Part shown: positions 62,001 to 64,000 of the stretch, piece after piece
How positions within the stretch are numbered: position 1 is the first letter of the stretch
Layout of the letters: each line of letters starts with the position of its first letter
Assembly: GCA_965285935.1 (NCBI GenBank)
Contig: OZ260664.1
Span: 70,432,001-70,496,000 of the forward strand
DNA length: 64,000 bases
Direction of reading: 5' to 3'
Origin: Ophelia neglecta
Taxonomy: Eukaryota
Program-made: the position numbers and the translations under genes
The notes under the pieces: generated by a model
The model's database searches: none
The model's input: the letters and a program-made list of their open reading frames with translations, nothing else
What the model was told of the DNA's origin: nothing

Positions 62001-64000
62001 GGGTGCAGATTGATAAAAGGCATACGGAACAAGCAACAGAAAAACTACCATGCGTGTAAGGACAATATATGGAGTGTCATTTAGCAGTCGACGTTATTGT
62101 GTGACCCAGTTACTATTTTTATATTTTCAGGCAGGTACCAGAGACTTTCATTGAGTTTCAAACTCGAAAGAAATATAGGATATTTTATTTTTCAAACCTA
62201 TCTGCCTTCCATACTCATTGTAATGCTCTCATGGGTGTCCTTCTGGATCAACCACGAGGCCACGTCTGCTCGAGTCGCATTAGGTAAGTCATTAGTTAGC
62301 GCTACAATTTGATAAGAATAGCTAAATTACATGCGAATACTGCCCGTGTAAGTGTAGTTATATTCTGAATCCAAGATTATTCAAATTCAGGTAATTCAAT
62401 TTATAATGAATTATTATTCCTTTCAGGTAACGTTACAGAAACACTAATTCAAAAAAATCTATATTAATCTATTTGATAGAATTGTTTCATTACCTTCCAC
62501 GCCAATTGTTCGTGTATTCTTTTCCACGGAATTAATCGCACTAGACAAAACACCTTGTATTGTGTTTGACTGATTGATGTTGTTCAGTAATTATTAAGGA
62601 GATGAGTGATTTGTGGCCAGCCGCACGTCAGCCATTGTTTTTAGTAGGTACATAATATCCGGGTAACGGCGTCGTTTTGCTCCACAGATCGTGAACTCAT
62701 GACAAAGATTATGAACTAATGTCACTTGTAGTGTGTTTGACCCCATCCGTGGTTTAGTTTTTTTCATCGATCGGCCAGTAGATCATGATTTACGACGCAA
62801 ATATATAAGAACAAGCGTCGTTGAAGTTTACATTAAATCAGCTGGCCGATTTGTTTTTGGGGCCGACATGGAAAGTACATGAATAAAATGAAATATTCAT
62901 GGCGTGAAGGAAACTTGACTAAGGCTGATGGCTTAGGGGTGTTAGGTTATGACAGATCGATAAGGCCAGTCGTCTGCATTAGACATTATATTCATTAGTT
63001 ACTTGTCTTGTGGATTATATAACTCAACACATGTATAGTCATTGCCATGGTGACATGAATTGTCAACATTTTATTCCTGATGTTTTATGATCTCACATGC
63101 ATACATAGCACCACTGTTAGTCCCATAACTATAAGATGGCCATGTATGGGTAATACATCGATACGAGGGTTTATTCGTATGGCATTATAGGTTATCTATA
63201 AACATGACAAGTTCGATTTCGTATTGCCAATCGATGGTGTGGTATCCAAACGGTTTTTTTTTACCATTTAACCTTTGACCCTTTGGATATTAACTTCATC
63301 AGTGCATAAGCTCACTCTAGCCATATATGCAAGAGATGCTAAAGAGGAGTTCGGGTGATCCCCACCCCCACCTACCAACCGCCAACCACCAACCTCCGAT
63401 ATTCAACTATAGAGATATCAGAGTGAATTTTAAAAAAGAAAATAATTCATTAAGTTTGAGACCGATTACAAGTGGTTTTCCCACTTTTTTTAAACTAGAG
63501 ATTGCAGTTGCCTTAAACAGCTTTCCGCCTAAGTCTACGCTGCCACCTGTTGTCTGCAAGGTCAATGTGATTGTTGCCATTGCAACAAAAAGTCGGAATT
63601 TCATAACTCAAAGCGATACCATGAACATTTTGAAAATCCTTCTTACCGACCAAATATCTGTGACTAGTTGGTGACTTTGATTTTGTGACTCGTTGGTGCA
63701 AGTACCTTAATCGGAATTTTAGCAGATAAGTTAGTTTTTTCGTCAGATAACATATTCGGCGAGGATCTTTATACCTACTCGTATGACTAAACGCGTGACC
63801 ATGAAGCCACTGGATAGGACTTCTCTTTTCGTAGTTGTTTACTACTATACTTTTTATAGATTCTCTTTCTGTTCGCCAGGTATCACCACCGTGCTGACGA
63901 TGACTACGATCAGTACCGGTGTTCGCTCTTCCTTGCCACGCATCAGCTACGTGAAGGCCATCGACATCTACTTGGTGATGTGTTTTGTTTTTGTGTTTGC
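10835..64000 (+). CDS. Lcch3: GABA-A receptor beta-like subunit (LCCH3-class Cys-loop ligand-gated channel subunit); multi-exon, 3' end outside the window. join(10835..11048,15981..16048,49694..49917,56112..56194,56877..57020,62131..62283,63880..>64000)
   Basis: The spliced translation is continuous and contains [45 protein letters not shown], a C-x13-C Cys loop ([15 protein letters not shown]), M1 [24 protein letters not shown] and M2 [22 protein letters not shown]. These match my recollection of Drosophila LCCH3 and Lymnaea GABA-A beta almost residue for residue. All introns are GT-AG with matching phases. The orthology call is from remembered sequence, not a search. Confidence 0.95.
15981..16048 (+). 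CDS. Lcch3: Exon 2 (68 nt): (G)[22 protein letters not shown]
   Basis: Acceptor ttttctctttctgttgcag, donor ATG|gtaagt. The 68-nt size is typical of this exon in GABA-A subunit genes. Not represented in the ORF track in this frame. Confidence 0.95.
31485..31519. repeat. Perfect inverted repeat, 17-bp arms with a 1-nt spacer
   Basis: gcaaacaattctattta-g-taaatagaattgtttgc. Confidence 0.97.
33698..33772. repeat. Degenerate ~13-14-bp minisatellite (taatcagtacccc-like)
   Basis: taatcagtaccccc / tatttagtactcc / taatcagtacacac / taatcactacccc. Confidence 0.6.
34596..34885. repeat. Degenerate ~42-bp G-rich minisatellite, about 7 units
   Basis: Units begin near 34596, 34638, 34681, 34723 and 34764 (cccctcagtcagggacggttaagggg...gaggtcaggag). 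Confidence 0.8.
40174..40338. mobile_element. Palindromic non-autonomous element (Crypton-like architecture, tentative)
   Basis: Imperfect ~130-bp palindrome centred on gcccgtggagcagccgagggt (atagccaatagtgccc / gggtacttatgactat; acgattagctgccc / gggctgcttatcgt; tcgctgt / acagcga), followed by tatgttattacaattatta. The family assignment is from architecture only. Confidence 0.55.
46880..47015. repeat. Degenerate ~30-bp tandem units (tctatatcagatagaccc...ttcagtgacg)
   Basis: Recurring agaccc/gacccg and ttcagtgayg/gtctat motifs. Confidence 0.55.
49694..49917 (+). CDS. Lcch3: Exon 3 (224 nt): [17 protein letters not shown]...[39 protein letters not shown](R); loops D, A and E
   Basis: Acceptor ttttatatttcag, donor CG|gtaagt; overlaps ORF 49715..49921. 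Confidence 0.97.
50594..50950. repeat. C/A-rich low-complexity degenerate repeat (caccctcaatccac-like)
   Basis: Almost G-free + strand with repeated caccctcaat and ccacaacac; explains the Pro/His/Thr-rich spurious ORFs. Confidence 0.85.
53301..53638. repeat. ~110-bp tandem repeat, 3 diverged copies
   Basis: ggagggragatgtccc...gctcctt...ctcct...cctagttcc recurs at 53301, 53410 and 53523. Confidence 0.85.
56112..56194 (+). CDS. Lcch3: Exon 4 (83 nt): [27 protein letters not shown]; Cys-loop exon
   Basis: Acceptor gttgttgacag with a ctaac branch-like motif upstream, donor T|gtacgt, and the C-x13-C signature. Confidence 0.97.
56665..56820 (+). other. Predicted long intronic RNA stem-loop just upstream of the exon 5 acceptor
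   Basis: Perfect 12-bp helix cgcagcccgccg (56686-56697) / cggcgggctgcg (56789-56800), plus nested and flanking helices atgagaa/ttttcat, actcg/tgagt, gac/gtc, gaag/cttc and ttgtggt/accataa. Confidence 0.7.
56877..57020 (+). CDS. Lcch3: Exon 5 (144 nt): (Y)[47 protein letters not shown]; loops B, F and C
   Basis: Acceptor gccatttcag, donor CAG|gtatag; overlaps ORF 56819..57031. Confidence 0.95.
58780..58932. promoter_or_regulatory. Intronic cluster of CRE/half-CRE, CCAAT and CTCF-like motifs
   Basis: gtgacgc (58782), ctgattggc (58805), atgacgc (58825), TGACGTCA (58850), ccaccagaaggcagc (58858), gcgtcac (58904). Confidence 0.4.
61125..61212. repeat. ~32-33-bp degenerate tandem repeat, about 2.5 copies
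   Basis: agagt(a)ccc...gacgccg...gg(c/g)cca units start at 61133, 61166 and 61198. Confidence 0.6.
62131..62283 (+). CDS. Lcch3: Exon 6 (153 nt): (G)[50 protein letters not shown]; M1 and start of M2
   Basis: Acceptor tttttatattttcag, donor TAG|gtaagt; overlaps ORF 62097..62312. Confidence 0.97.
63880..64000 (+). CDS. Lcch3: Exon 7 (partial): (G)[39 protein letters not shown]; M2-M3, truncated by the window end
   Basis: Acceptor ttctctttctgttcgccag; the frame is open to the window edge and carries canonical M2/M3 sequence. Confidence 0.97.

Noticed and set aside
57021-62130. Search for Rdl-style duplicated, mutually exclusive copies of exon 5 (and of exon 2 in introns 1-2)
   Set aside because: No paralogous exon found by eye; a TBLASTN of each exon against the introns would be needed to exclude diverged copies.

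Overview
Eukaryotic (invertebrate bilaterian-like, roughly 40% GC by eye) genomic DNA. The window is dominated by one spliced + strand gene: a Cys-loop GABA-A receptor beta-like subunit of the Drosophila LCCH3 / Lymnaea GABA-A beta class. I reconstructed seven coding exons by hand: 10835-11048, 15981-16048, 49694-49917, 56112-56194, 56877-57020, 62131-62283 and 63880 to beyond 64000. All introns are GT-AG and phase-compatible, giving 335 uninterrupted codons from the signal peptide into M3. The gene runs off the right edge, and intron 2 is 33.6 kb. Nearly all other ORFs in the supplied track look spurious. The non-coding DNA holds several non-autonomous TIR or palindromic elements, degenerate minisatellites and a CpG-rich promoter-like block. 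The most interesting non-annotated signals are: (i) a GC-rich RNA structure in intron 4 whose core strand can pair either locally or with a site upstream of the Cys-loop exon, a candidate competing-pairing splicing switch; (ii) an exon 5 / intron 5 duplex resembling an ADAR editing substrate; (iii) an in-frame, signal-peptide-like uORF ending in UAG; (iv) a perfect 35-bp palindrome; (v) strong over-representation of the palindromes TAGGCCTA and TACATGTA. All functional interpretations are inference and untested.
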